Part shown: in pieces, positions 32,330 through 48,221 of the stretch | Numbering within the stretch: position 1 is the first letter of the stretch | Layout: each line of letters begins with the position of its first letter | DNA from: the human T2T-CHM13v2.0 reference genome, Homo sapiens | DNA: 64,000 bases | Assembly (NCBI RefSeq): GCF_009914755.1 | Contig: NC_060928.1 | Strand: one strand, 5' to 3' | Made by a program: the position numbers and the translations under genes | The notes under the pieces: model-generated | Seen by the model: the letters and a program-made list of their open reading frames with translations, nothing else | Databases searched by the model: none | Told to the model about the DNA's origin: nothing

Positions 32330-33722
32330 TAGACTCAAGCATCTTTAGTTGAAGCAGGAGCAGGCAGTGGCAAGCTGACAAATATTTCTGGTTTGCCATT
32401 TAAATGTCGTAAAGCTTGTCTATAAATAAGCTGTTGTGATTTCTTGGAAGTTTGTATCAAGTTGTCTGGCTTCTGCTTGGAAAAGCACAGTGTTAGTTTT
32501 CATAATTTCAAGGCAGAAATAATGGAAGAAAATTTTCAAATACTAGTTTGGAAAGTCACAGCCAGACATTTGAGAAAACTAAAAGAATTCAGAATCCAGT
32601 CCAGTTTACAGGTAAATAATAAAATCTCAAAAACAATGAATATGGTTAGAATCTAATTATCAGGTGCATAACAGTTTCCTATTTCTTTTTTATGAAATAT
32701 AAATTTTTTCTCTGTAGTCCCCCTATTTTTACCAAAGATAATAATGGTAAGTCCAATTTATTTGCAAAGTAAGTTTGGTCCCTCATTAAATTTAGCTTGA
32801 TCACTTACATAGTACAGCAAGAATGGTGATTGATCATATAGGCTTTTTATAAATTTGCTTTGCTGGATCTTTTTATAAGGAATCTCACATTAGACTTTTG
32901 AAAACCTCTTACAACTAGGAAGCTAAGCTAAGGACTCACGATCAAACGTTGCCAGTAATGCCTGTCAATGAGCACGAATACATGTGTTCTGGAGGTTCCT
33001 CAAAGTATCATGAGTTTCCTGGGCCCATCATGAACCAACATTGTTTACTCACTGTAAGTCCAGAAACGTTGTAAGGAAACCATGTATTCAAGGTACCAGG
33101 CCAGTTTTTTCAAGGGGCTTTTATTGGCTCCATAAAATCAGCCTTAATTTCTTAAAACTCTGTGGTCATGTCTGAAAATATGACATTCCTGGCAGCTTTG
33201 GTAATGTAATCAGTGTTTCCAATTGTTGCCTGCTACAAGAAGAATATATTTTTATTAAACTTATACAAATAACTATATTGTCATAGAAGTAAGAATACTT
33301 CTAAATAGTTTTCAAATTTTTAGGTAGGGAGAAAAGGTAATTGTTTTAATTCTGCTCACAAAAATATACTTTACCAAATGCCACAAGCTATAGATAGCTT
33401 AAGAGAAAAGTTTTCCTTAAGTCTGGAAAATAAAATATAAAATGAATCAGCAATGTTTCAAAGAAAAATCTATTTAAAAATTATAATCCTTCATCAGTTC
33501 TGTGTTGTGCAATCAATTCTTTTGCTTGATGTTAACAATTTTATTAACTCACTTTTCCCATTAGTTTTCAAAATTCTTATCCACTCAACGGAGTGTTCTT
33601 AAAGTTATCAGAAACTTGCTTTTAACAGTACTTATCAGAATCTTCACAATTTTCTCTGAAAAAGAAGTAATTTTGGACTGTAGCTGATTGGAAAAAAAAA
33701 TTAGATAAGAATCAAAGCTGTT

Positions 33723-34212
<490 letters not shown>

Positions 34213-35729
34213 TCATCAGGTTGTTAGCAATCTTGTGAACCCAGAAAATCTGAGACAGGTCTCAGTTAATTTAGAAGGTTTATTTTGCCAAGGTTGATGA
34301 TGCGTCTGTGACACAGCCTCAGGAAATCCTGACCACATGTGCCCAAGGTGGTCGGGGCACAGCTTGGTTTATACATTTTAGGGAGACACAGCAATCAATA
34401 TACGGAAGAAGTACATTGGTTCGGAGACACATCAATCAACATATGGACGAAGTACATGGGTTCGGTCTGGAAAGGCGGGACAACTTGAAGCAAAGGCAGG
34501 AAGACTCCAAGCAGGGAGGGAGCTTCCCGGTTTCAGGTAGGTGATATACAAATGGTTGCATTCTTTTGAGTTTCTGATTAGGCTTTCCAAAGGAGGAAAT
34601 CAGCTATGCCACTATCTCAGTGAGCAGAGGGGTGACTTTGAATAGAATGGGAGGCGGGTTTGCCCTAAGCCATTTCCAGCTTGAGTTTTCCTTATTGATT
34701 TTGGGGGCCCAAGATACTTTCCTTTCACATTCCCCCTCTTTTCTTTTAAAAAACCTTTTGGAAAAAGCATTTTACAAGAAGATGAATCTCCGGTCTCAGG
34801 TTTCATCTGATCTCTCATGACTAGAACGGTTTATTCCTAGATGGGGAGGTCCCAAAAGCTCATTTTTAGCAGGTTGTGAAGTCTCATGTCCTGTGAAGAG
34901 AAAATAGTGGGAAGGAAGGGAGAAAAAGCAACAACAAACAAAAGAACAATCCTGGAAAAATCGATATAGGCCACGTTACGCTGAAGTCCATACATTAGTA
35001 GGCAGGTGTGAAAGTGGCTTTTGGATGTGAATAAGTTTCTATTATTTTCTTCTGAAATTTAAGTTGTGTGGCTTCAGTTTGGAGGGTTTAAAGAAAGCAC
35101 AGCTTAGTTTTCAGTGACTCTGAATTAGGAAAAATGAAAAAGAAGAAGGAAAAAATTGAAAATGTTATTTTGAATACTTGTAGCCAAGAAAAATTATAAT
35201 TCAGTCCAAACTGTAGAAAATAATAAAAATTAAAAAAAAAATTAGGCAAGACTAGAATCTAATAATAGATGTACTATAGTTTTGAAACATATTTTTTTCT
35301 CTCCAGTTTCCCATTTTTAACTAAAATTATGGTAGGACTGGTTGCCTTTATTATACTTGGCCTAATTATTTGTATATAGTGCAGCAAGAATAATTATTTT
35401 TTTACATAGGCCTTTACATTGGCTTTGATGGAACTTTGTTCCATAGGAGGAATCTCAGACAAGACTTTTAAAGCCAAGCCCAGCCATGGATTTGTACCAT
35501 CAAATACCTATGGGTTGGGTGAATTTCCTCTCCTCTGGAGGTTCCAAGATAAACCTGGGGCTTCTGCACCTGTCAGAAAGTGACATTCTTTACTTCCCAC
35601 AGATCACAAGCCCTGTACAGAGACTGTGTACACAAAATATGAGGCTAGTTTCCAATGGCTTTATTGGCTTCATAAGTCAAGTTTGATTCCTTAAAGGAAA
35701 GCACACCATTCCAGTCAAAGCCATGGTAA

Positions 35730-36062
<333 letters not shown>

Positions 36063-38630
36063 CTGAAAACAGATTCTTATTGCACTTATGCAAATAACTG
36101 TATTGCCACACCTTAAGAATACTCACAAAGTTTCCAAATTCTGGAGAAATCACATAAAGAGAAACAAATGTGCTCCAAATTTTGTTCATAGGAGTATACC
36201 AAATTGTTAAAAGCTGCCAATAGCTCAAAAGAAAAGTTTTGAGACTCTGAAAATGAAACAAAGGATCAGCAAACATATTAAGCAAAAAGTCAAAAAGATT
36301 GGTTTAGTTCATGCAGCGAAATCCTGTTCTGCTTGATACTCTTGAAAATTTTAGCTCTCCATGAGTCCTGAAACTTTTTCCTCTATTCTGATGTCACAAT
36401 CTCCCAAGTTATCAGAAACCTGCATTTAAGAGCACCTGTTGGAGTTTTATAGCTGATTATAAAAGCACCTTGTAAAGGGGACCAAAACAAGACAACAATT
36501 GTCCACAGGTGAAAAAAAGTTTTAAGGCAGTCATAGTCAAAAGACACAATTGACAAGGAAACTTGTTACCTCTGGCACACAATAATTTTTACATAACAAT
36601 TATGATTATTACTCACAATATACGCTGTTATATCAGAATTACATGAGTTTCCCATAATTTTGGAACACATACCAATAATCAACTTATACAAATACAGCCC
36701 AAAGAAAACCAAAAATATTTCATATTTGACAATGCTTTCTATATAATTTTTATACCAAATAAGCCAAATTATGTCATTTTTGGACTTTAGGAAACTAATA
36801 TCTTAAAGGATTAATTAGGTTAGAAAGAGACATAATTTATAACTTGATTTTGGAAAGTTTGTCAAATATAAAAGGTTTAAAACATTTGATATTACAAAAT
36901 AAGATTACAGGTCATTGTAAAATCATTTATTTAACCAAAATGATAATTCAAGGATTTCAAAAAAAAGCAAAAACCTTCATTCATTGCAAGAGAAGACTTA
37001 ATTCTCTAAACAAGAAGCCCTAATAAAGACAGAGTGAAGCCAATTACATTTGTTTTTCAAAATTTTGTAAACAATCTATAAAATTTAATCTTGATTATAA
37101 AACTTCCATAAGCCTTTTCTAACCTTTATAACCTTTATTAAGGGGTTGGTTCATGCTTCAAGAAAACCTTGCTAATCTGACACAGGGGTCCATATACTGG
37201 TTTTGCATCAGCGTGCCTTTGACATTAATAATTAATTTGTAGAGAAACTGAACTTACTTTATCTTTCAAAATTGACCCTTACAATCTTATGCTCCCACCT
37301 CTTTTGCAATTGTCCCTGGGTCTTGAGGAGTTGCATAGCTTTAATTTCTGGCCCTGTGTCTCAGGAATGTAGTTTGTTTTGATTGGCATCCTCTATGGGG
37401 CCTGAAGATGAGGCTTTAATTGTTGCCAGTGTTTAAGATTTAACAGGACTTGTTGTCCTTTTTAGACCAAGGAATTAAAGCCCTCTAACTCAATGTTACA
37501 AGGACTTTAAAAGCATATACAGGAAGATACGTGGATATAATAACCTCAATTTTTAAAAAAAATTATCTCCATTTTTTTTTCCTAAGCAAACCAAAACTTA
37601 ATAATAATATGACAGCTTGATTATATAAAAGTTTTTGGGTTTTTTAAATATATAAACCCTCTTATTGTGACTCACACTGACTGCTCATCAGACTTTCTGA
37701 TTTGTTTTGAATATCCCTTCTTTTTAAACAACCAGTTATTTCATTTTAGAATGAAACTATACAAGATTCTTTCATATATAATATTATTTCTCTTTAAGCT
37801 TTTTTTAACCTCAAAAACAATCTCTTTATTTCGATAACTTTCTTTACATCTTTTTTATTTCCTGATTCCTTTTACCTTGTTTTATACATAACCTTTAAAT
37901 AAGCTTTGAGTTAGACAAAACTTGTTCACCTTTAAAGAAAAAAATAAAAGAGACACACTTGTTTTTTGTTTGTTTAGCAAGAATGTTTTCCTACAATATA
38001 TATTTATTGGAAAATACCCAAATAATGAAATATCCCTTATTTGGTTTAATGTAACTTTATAATCTAAATTATGGCCAGTTTGTCTACAAGTATTTATCCC
38101 ATTATATTTACCTAATTATTTTATTTTGTTTACATAGATTCTTTATGAAAATTGTGATAGTCATGATTTAAAGTTATGAAACCACCATTGCAAAATTATA
38201 ACTGAGACAGTGAAAAAAGATTTAACGTAACTGATTCCATATTGCTCTTAACCTCCAGGCTGTCCTTGTTCATTCCTGGGCTCAGGCTGAACTACCTTTG
38301 GGAGGAACTTAGTTTATAGTTTAGCTTTGAAACAAAGATGATAACAGTCGTTTTGCAAAACAAACCTCCTTATTGTCTGTGGACTAAATTGCCTAAAGCC
38401 ACAGGATTAGAAGTTATGGTAACCTTACTAAATTCAAGATGGAACTATTTTCATTAAAGTCATATTGATGTCTTATTTATTAAAAATTACACAAGCAAAG
38501 ATCATTCTGTTTTGGACCAGGTTTATAGTTTTGTAACCCCTATGCCAAATTTTTAACACCTTATAGTGTTTGGCAGGGATAAGTATGAAATAGTTTAATA
38601 AATGCAAACAAAAATGTATGCTGGCAATTC

Positions 38631-38934
38631 TTTTTTTTTTTTTTTTTTTTTTGTGACGGAGTCTCACTCCGTGTCCCAGGCTGGAGTGCAGTGGCACGAT
38701 CTCGGCTCACTACAAGCTCCGCCTTCCAGGTTCACACCATTCTCCTGCCTCAGCCTCCTGAGTAGCTGGGACTACAGGCGCCCGCTACCACGCCTGGCTA
38801 ATTTTTTTGTACTTTTAGTAGAGATGGGGTTTCACCCTGTTAGCCAGGATGGTGTCGATCTCCTGACCTCGTGATCCACCTGCCTCAGCCTCCCAAAGTG
38901 CTGGGCTTACAGGCGTGAGCCACCACGCCTGGTC
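38631..38934 (-). mobile_element. AluY
   Basis: Full dimer, TSD tatgctggcaattctt. Confidence 0.93.
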
Positions 38935-41063
38935 TATGCTGGCAATTCTTAAGACATTTCTAATATGACTTTACCAAGTTAGCTCATGCTGGTCCCAAGC
39001 ACCGATAGATTTGTCAAAGGTCAGGGGCATCTCCACTCGGAATCCCCGCAATGGTTACCGAAATGTGAACCCAGAAAATCTGAGACAAGTCTTAGTTAAT
39101 TTAGAAAGTTTATTTTGCCAGGGTTAAGGATGAGCCTGTGGCACAGCCTCAGGAAGTCCTGACAACATGTGCCCAAGGTGGTGGAGCACAGCTTGGTTTT
39201 ATACATTTTAGGGAGACGTGAGACATCAATCAATATGTGTAAGAAGTACATTGGTTTGGTCTGGAGCAAAGGCAGGAAGACTTAAAGTGAGGAAGGAGCT
39301 TCCAGGTCACAGATAGGTGACACACAAATGGTTGCATTCTTCTGAGTTTCTGATTAGCCTTTTCAAAGGCGGCAATCACATATGCATCTATCTCATGAAG
39401 CAGAGGGGTAACTTTGAATAGAATGGGAGGTGGGTTTGCCCTAGGCCGTTCCCAGTTTGAGTTTTCCTTAGTGATTTTGGGGGCCCAAGATACTTTCCTT
39501 TCACAATTTGCTAAGAGTTTATTATAATAATGATACAATTGACCAAAAAAAGTGGTTATTTCTGTGGCATACAATATTTTAACATAAAAATCGTAATTAT
39601 GACAGATAACATTTTAATACATACATATTATGTATAAGAAATCTTACAGAATTTTGGAACACATGTTAATATACTCATACAAAGATAACTCAAAACTGTT
39701 GAACATTATTTCTTATTTGACAATTCCTCCCATGTAATTTAATATAAAAAATAAGCCTAATAAGTATATCTTTTATATTTCCTTTGGGAAGTTCCAGGGT
39801 CCTTTGGGACATCTCAAAGTTACACTAAGGTCAAAAAGACTTAATTTAGAATTTGATCTTTGGGAAATTCATCTTACAGCAAAGGTATAAAACACTTGAT
39901 TAAAATATAATCACAGGTTACTATGAAATATTAGTCATTTACTTAACTGGAGTGATATTTACAGATTTCAAAAGCAAATAAAAGAATTTATAGACTTGTA
40001 GAAAAACCTTAACTCTTTCAATATTCACTTTTCTTAAGTAATCAGAGACCTAATGAAGACAGCATGAAGCATAGGAAATTATCTTGATGAAACACAGAAT
40101 TTTTCTCTCTTCTTTCTCTCCTCTCACTTTTTTTAGTTTACTTAAAAGAGAAACAAAAATATTTTACTGTCTCTTATCAATTCCACATGAAAATTTTGTT
40201 TTTAAAAGGTCATGTTCTACTTTTGCATCAGTGCACTTTTGATATGAAGATTTAATTTTTAGAAAAACTTATAAATATCATCTAAGTTTAGCCAGCTTGA
40301 TATACACAAAATTTCTTTCACAAGATTTATCTTCAACAAACCTTTCACAACTTTCTAATCCATTCATTTTATCTATATCACTCCTTTTGTTATTCATTCA
40401 TTCTGCAAAAACATCTAAATAACCTCCAAACTAAGCAAAACTCTCCTTCCTCAATAAAAGCATATCATAATATCTCATGACACTGTAATTTTCTTGTATA
40501 CTTTGTGTACAGAATTATTTCCTTATCTCTAGTAGTTTAAATTACATATTAGAATTTTAGGCCTTATAACTTAATTTCCAGTAAAAATCCAGGAAGTAAG
40601 ATATTTTGAAGTCTTATTTACCAGTATTTTATAAGTACATATTTTATAATTTCTAGAGACATAAGCTTTCTCTTAGAACAATTTTTTCATGTGGAACAGG
40701 ACATGTTTACTAACATCTCAGATATATTTGTCTTTATGTAAAATTTAAGAAACCAAAAGTAAATAAACTTATGTTCAGCAATTAATGTTTCAGTATTTTA
40801 TCTTATTTGGAACTGATCTAGATCTTCAATGAGCATCTGTCATTTAACTTAGCAAAACTGTAAGGGTATAGGTAGAGACTTGAGAAACTAAGTAAGCACC
40901 TTATAAAATATAGCTTTTTAAGAGTATTTTTATAAACTTTTACCTAACTTACATCTTATTTAATTCATTCTTTTTTAACAATTATGCCTGGAAAATTTAT
41001 GAGACATTAGACAAAGCTAGTCATCAAAGAAGATAATCTGTTTGATTTAAAAGTCACTTATAG

Positions 41064-41356
<293 letters not shown>

Positions 41357-41790
41357 GGTCACTTATTAGATAAAAGTCTAAAGGTCCTCTAAGTTCTTGT
41401 TGTCTTGAAATCACTCTACCTACCACGTTATTAATTTGGAAGCCTATTTTTCCCTGTTTTGGCCAGAAAAAATTTAAAACTTACAGCAAGCTTTTGAAAT
41501 CAGTAACAGTTCTTTTTTCTTGTGTCTATAGGTCTGTTTAATTGTCTAGTTAGTGTAGGTGAGAAATGGCTTTCAAAGGTTATTTTCAGGGTTGGTGTTT
41601 TGTTGTTATTGTTGTTATTTTTCTTATCCATGCACTGCAGACAAAGCATTTTTAATTGTCAGATAAGCATACCTTTTCTTGTTGTTTTCAGTTCAAGATT
41701 TTGGCCAAAGCAAAATAGTGGTTTAAAAAGTAGACTTGGTTAATCTGTGTTGCAGCTCTTCACTCTTGTTGTTTGGCAAGTGGGAGGGAG

Positions 41791-42426
41791 TGTTACAGCT
41801 CTTTTATTCCCACCATGGGCAAGCGCCAGGCTCTTGTCCCATGACAAGGAAGAATAAGGCACATGGACACCAGAGAGAGTGAGGCAGAGTCAGATTTACT
41901 AAATGATAGAAAAGCACTTAGCAGAGAGAGGACCCGAAAGCCACCCATGAGTCTGAGTTTGGGGGTTTTTATGGACTGCAATGTGAGAGGAGTGTGCTGA
42001 CTGGTCTGCAAGCTGTCTTGGAGACAGCACCACTCAAAAAGAGGTATGATAGTGTAAACAGCCAATTGAAGGCAGAGGTGAAGGCTTGGCCTGGGACGTT
42101 GGCCTGGGACAAATCAGTGGCTGAAGTGATGATTCACTCTATGTAAATGAAGATTCAGCTTGTTGTCAATCACAGAAAGGTAGGCGTATATAAAATAAGT
42201 GAAAAGTAAGAGACTAAGGTGCACCAAGGAGAGAGAAATGTGTCCAAAAAGGAAGTGGAATTTGTTCATCTGGGTTCACAGAGTAGGTGTTTCCATTCAA
42301 GGATGCTGGCTCCTTCTTATCTGGGGCCTGCAGTTTGATTTTCAGGCTGTTCTTGGTTTGAAGGAGTTTTACCAGGGACCCACCCTAATTGCCTGCCTGA
42401 CTGGTTTCTTCCTTTCTCCTCTCTCA
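41791..42426 (-). mobile_element. ERV1-class solo LTR (family not assigned)
   Basis: Termini tgttac...ctctctca (minus-strand start TGAGAGAGGAGAAAGGAAGAAACC). Flanks ggag/tgag. GC-richer than its surroundings. Confidence 0.7.
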
Positions 42427-43344
42427 TGAGAGTCATCAACAGATTCAGAATAAAAGTTGTATGTCTACAGTGTATTTATTGCTGATAGATATGTCTGCTT
42501 AAATTAAACCAATAGTATTAAACTAGTATTATTTACCAAAGATTTACCCAAGTAACATAAACTTAGAAAGCATTTGGGTTAGTTCCTATATTTTATCATC
42601 TTTAAGCATATATTTTATATGAGTACTCATTTATGTCTTTAGCCAATTAAATAGACTATTTTAAGAGATTTTATATCATATAGACATAATGTGCAAGTAT
42701 ACATATACACATGTATAAATATACACAAACATACAGATAGACACAAACAAATATCTTGTAGCTTTTATTTTTAAATTTTAGTTAAGAGACAGGTATAATA
42801 GTATAAAACTTACTAGTCTATAAAAGGACAGTTAGATCCATTAGAAAGAACAGAGATGCCTCAAAATATATATTGATAGATTGATAGGCATAGCCTGAAT
42901 ATCAGCTTCCAATTAAACTAACTTTTGACCATAGACCTCTTTATTAAAAATATTCTTTTCAAATATTTTTATTATCAAATTTAGCTGGGGCAAACAGCAA
43001 ACAATTCTGCTTCCTAGCTTCTTGTTCCCTGAAATTTGCATTTGAAAAGGGATGGTTTCTTGGTAAAACTGATTAGGAAATTTATATCTCAAAGGCTCAG
43101 GGAAATACAGTTTTCACCAAGAAGGTATTTTGGGGAGGTATATTTGCCTATTAAAGGTCTAGGATAATTGCTATTCAAAATTCCTTTTTTAAAAAGTGCA
43201 AGAGAGCCCTGTTTCCTGATGCTTTTCAGTATCAGATAACATCCTGAGGTGAATAGGTGAGGTTTGGGGTTTTCTTTGAATTGCTTTAAAGCAATTAAAT
43301 TTTTGTTTTTGTAAAGACTCAATTTGTAAGACAAGAATAGTTAC

Positions 43345-43642
<298 letters not shown>

Positions 43643-44924
43643 TAAGAATAGGTACTTCTAATTCCCTTAAGAATTGGGTGGCAGCCTGAATGATTTTAAG
43701 GGACTTTCCCATCTATCCAACTATATTATCTTTAACTTATTTCTCTCTATCAAGGAGCAGATTTTCAACTAAGATGAAAATCAAAAGATCTTTCTGTTCC
43801 AGATATAGACTTAATTACCTTTGAAATGTTTTAATATTTTTTTTTCTGAATATATCGTTCCATTTTAGCTAAGGAGACAAGGCAAAAAAAGCAAACAGAA
43901 GTTTCTGTAAGAACGAAGTTTCAAACCAAAGGTATACCTGGAAAATGACTCAAGGCAAAATTAATACTTAAGACAAAACCAATAAGACTTTAAGGCTTTA
44001 ATTAACATCTCCAAAAAAAGAGCAAAAATATGCATCCCTTTCAAAATACAGACCCTCCCAAAAAACAGCCAAAAGCGAGAAAACCTTTGCCAGCCACAAA
44101 TAGGGTACAACAAACATTTTCCTCCAGAGACATTCTTAAGTCTCCCAACCTTTTGGCTGGCTGCCTGCAAACAAAGGCCCAATAACCTGTGTGCCTTTGG
44201 TGGATGCAAAGTCATAAAGACAATAGTCAGTAAGACAAAGAGAAAGACAAGCTTGCCATTAGGTGTAGGGGGAAGGATCACTAATGTAGGGGCCAAGGGA
44301 AGACTTCCCCCACTTATTGTAGGGACAATAAATGATTACCAGAGAGAACAAACGGATCAGGGAGCAGAGATTAACCTGTAAATGATCCTCCTTGGAAACT
44401 GAGCCTGAAAGAGGGACATTATCTTGTGAATGGGTCTGGTCAGGTGTGGTTCCATTCTTCAGTCTTCTTTTCTATAATAAATAATAAGATGACATGGAGG
44501 GGAAGGAAACACAATTGCTCCCTGTGGTCTTTATGTAGGTGGGGAAGGTCTGCCAGCATCTGTTGATCTGTAAGGGCCTGTAATTCAAAATACTGATTAT
44601 ACCAGGGAGCCATATTTTAGAGTAAAATTCCCTGCACTCCTTTACTAACAATAAGCCTTTATATGACTTAAAACCACAGATGCAAGTATCAGGTTCCAAA
44701 GTGGGTGCAAAAGATGCAGCCCCTCAAGATCTAAAGTTTTTACCTAAGATACCCTAGGAAAGCAAAAACTCTCATTATTAACAAGGTAACGAAGGTTGAG
44801 GCAATTAAGACAAACTCCTGAGAGCTGGCATGGTGAGACAAATGTTTGGACTTCTAGCTAGCCGGCATAAGTACAACAACTTGTGATCCCCAGGCTGGCC
44901 CAAGATACTACAAAGACTAACCTT

Positions 44925-45689
44925 TGAGACACAGCAGGGACCCCCTATTAGGGCCCTGAGAGCCCCCCAAAAAGCATGGAAATATGGAAAGATCTTGAGT
45001 TCCTTCAAAGGAAATTCCAGGCACATAGCTAGCCCTGAGAAGTAAATAAACAACTTATTAAAGGAGATAATAGTAGCCTGAAACGATGGCCAAGGAAGCT
45101 GGGGTCAGGAGATGTTTGCTTTCCCTATGGAAACTAAGGATGACATCTTAACATATGTCCCTGAGTTGTCTTTCAGAAACATGGACCCCCACCAGGATCC
45201 CCACAGAACAGATTCACTGGCATGTAGACCTCAAATGAGGGAGAACTGAAGGCTGAACTGTGACCACCACTCTTTGTCCCAAATGTCTTCCTGAGAGGCC
45301 TGGTGGGAGTCACATCCATGAGCTGGTTAACATTCTTTTCTGCTGATCCCTAATTTTAAAATAAAGCTTCTCTTCCTTAATCAATTGCAAATCAGAAAAT
45401 CTTTGAATGTGCCCATGACTTGTAAGCCCTTGCTACAGGATTTCCCACCCTTTTAGGCCAGAACCAATGTAACCTCCATGTATTGAATTATGATTTTTCC
45501 TGTAGCTTCTACTCCTGCCTTGAAAAATTCTTGCCTGCAAACCATTTGGGAGGCCAGGATTTGAAGATGAGCTGTCTGGTCCTGCTTGTTTGGCACCCTG
45601 AAAATAAATGACTTCCTTTCTGCCACTGCAACCTCAGTGTGGATATCTGGTTTTACTGTGTTGGGTGAGTGGACTCCAGTTCTGTAACA
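44925..45689 (+). mobile_element. ERV1 solo LTR (MER49-like)
   Basis: TGAGAC...gggaccc...ggcac.tagctagccctgagaagtaaat...aataaa...GTAACA. TSD CCTT at 44921-44924 and 45690-45693. Confidence 0.8.
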
Positions 45690-45835
45690 CCTTGCTGGTT
45701 ACAAAGCCAAACTCTCAAAACATAAAGAAAAACAAAAGGAAGATATTTTCATAATTTTCCTCCTTAAGACAAACCACACAAAAGACAGAGATAAGGAAAA
45801 CAAAGACCTCCTGGAAGGCTAAAGATCAATAACTA

Positions 45836-46136
45836 GGCTGGGCTTGGTGGCTCACGCCTGTAATCCCAGCACTTTGGGAGGCCGAGGCAGGTGGATCATG
45901 AGGTCAGGAGATGGAGACCATCCTGGCTAACATGGTGAAACCCCCTCTCTACTAAAAATACAAAAAATTACCCGGGCGTGGTGGTGGGCACCTGTAGTCC
46001 CAGCTACTCAGGAGGCTGAGGCAGGAGAATGGCATGAACAAGGAGGGGGAGCTTGCAGTGAGCCAAGATCGCGTCTCTGCACTCCAGCCTGGGCGACAAA
46101 GCGAGACTCTGTCTCAACAAAAAAAAAAAAAAAAAA
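45836..46136 (+). mobile_element. AluY
   Basis: Full dimer, TSD aaagatcaataacta. Confidence 0.93.
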
Positions 46137-47289
46137 GATCAATAACTAACAGGTGCCCAAACCAAATCCACAAGAGTCGCCAATTCAAATAATTAATTAT
46201 TTTTTCAAAATCATTTTTTTCTGTTGCAAATTTGAATTTAAAAAACAAAAAAAATAGGAGTTTTGTTTTTTTTTTCCTTTCTCTCTCAGCGAGGCACTAC
46301 ACATAGAGATACGAGAGAGCTCACTTTGGTAAAAATTCTCTTTTTTCTGCCAGCTTCTGCCACTTCTCCCAGGATCACATCTGCAGCTGTCAGGGCAAGT
46401 GGAGTGTGCCAGAATCTCTTGGCTAGATCACCAAAATCAAGCAGAGAAAATAAAAATTTTAACTCAATCCTCCCAAGTTCACAGTTGGAACAGACTCCTG
46501 TAACACGAGACTGATTAACAAAAGAAAAATAGGTGACTTATTAACACATGCAGTGCACATCACCTGTGAGAAAAGGAACTCAAAGCAGTGATCTAGGACT
46601 TACATAAACAAAGAACAATAAGTTTTATACAAGTGACAAGACAAAGAAAAGCAGCACCAGACTTCCAAACACCAGAAACTGTGGGAAGGTAAATATATGG
46701 AAATACACTAACGAAGTAAAAATCTGCTCACAGATTCCTCTGAGCCATTTCTGAGCTGATGAGCGTTGGAGTGGAGAATTTACATCCGTGTTTATGTGAG
46801 AAAACAAGGGAAGGATAGGAAAGATGTTTTCTTCTATCAATCTCTGTCCTGCTTTTAGGCAAACAGGGAAGGCAGAGACTCTTAGTTGAGAATCTAAGTT
46901 GTCTTAGAGAATCTTAGTTGTCTTCAGTTCAACAATATTTATGTCAAAGAGGCATACTTTGAGGTGACACATTCTGGTTTCCTTCAGTTCAAAGACCAGA
47001 TTTTGAAGGAAAGACATGACTGATAAAGATTATTCAGGGATTTGTTCCTCTCTCTTTAGTACAAAATAGCTATAAAATTTATGCTGTTCACAAATGCTGG
47101 GGGATTTGAAGAGTTGCTGAATTTTGAGCCAAGGACATGTGTATGTATATAAACAATGACATGTATATATTTTTTCTTTTTATAAACTTGTAAATTTCTT
47201 GAAATCCAAAATAAATTCATATAAATTTGTCCTCCAATTATGACTTCTAAGAAATATTTATTAAATGAAAGACATCCTAACAATGACAC

Positions 47290-47625
47290 TAACTCGTCCT
47301 CCAGACATCATTACAGTTGGCTCCTTGTCATCATTTGGCCCCCAGTGCAAATGTTCCTCCTCAGCAGTGCTATAGAAAGCAGCTCCACCTTCCCTAGGCA
47401 CCCTCTACAGTATCATCTATTCATTATTTAATTGTTTTCACAGTATTAATCAGAACCTGAAATTATCTTATTCAAGTATTTGGTTACTGACATGACCACT
47501 CTCCTTCATCCTGGAAGCATTATGATAACTAAGACCTGGTATGTTTTCTTACCATTCTACTCCTAGTCCCTTGAACAGTGCCTGGTATATAATAGGTAAA
47601 TACTAAATATTTTTCGAATGAAGGA
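47290..47625. mobile_element. L2 3' fragment
   Basis: ..gaacagtgcctggtatataataggt..actaaatattt.tcgaatgaa, the L2 terminus. Confidence 0.65.
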
Positions 47626-48077
47626 AGGGATAAATAAATGGGTTCAGTAGAATCCATTTCACTCAACGGAATCCAACTGAAAACATACTCTCTAGTCAGC
47701 AAGGTTTTTAACATGCAGATTAGAAGCTCTGGGGAGGGGTTGATTGTATCTAGGAGGATGTACTTAAATTTCTTCTTTGGGCATAGGGGCTTCTGGCAAA
47801 TTTTGTAGCAAATTAGTATTTCTATTGGAATCCTAGTCAGATATTTCTGAGTTTTAGACCTAAGTAGTTTTCACATCAATTATGAAAGATAAAATTATTT
47901 CAAAAGATACTTGAATTCAAATCTAGTATATAGAGTGAATGCATTTTAAAAGTTAAAAAAATAAGAAATTAGGTTATATTTGAAAGAATCTCAGCTGAAG
48001 ATTTTTGTGCTTTTATTACAAAGGAAGAGGTACCACTCTCGCCAGTTTTACATCTTGCATTTTAAAAAGTTAAGTAC

Positions 48078-48210
48078 AGCCAGACACGGTGGCTCACACC
48101 TGTAATCCCAGCACTTTGGGAGACCAAGGCGGAAGGATCCTTTGAGCCCAGGAGTTCAAGACCAGGCTGAGCAACATGGTGACAAAATTAAAAAATAAAA
48201 ATAAATAAAA
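48078..48210 (+). mobile_element. FLAM/Alu monomer
   Basis: Single left arm plus A-rich tail. TSD-like aaaaa(t)gttaagta. Confidence 0.85.
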
Positions 48211-48221
48211 ATGTTAAGTAG

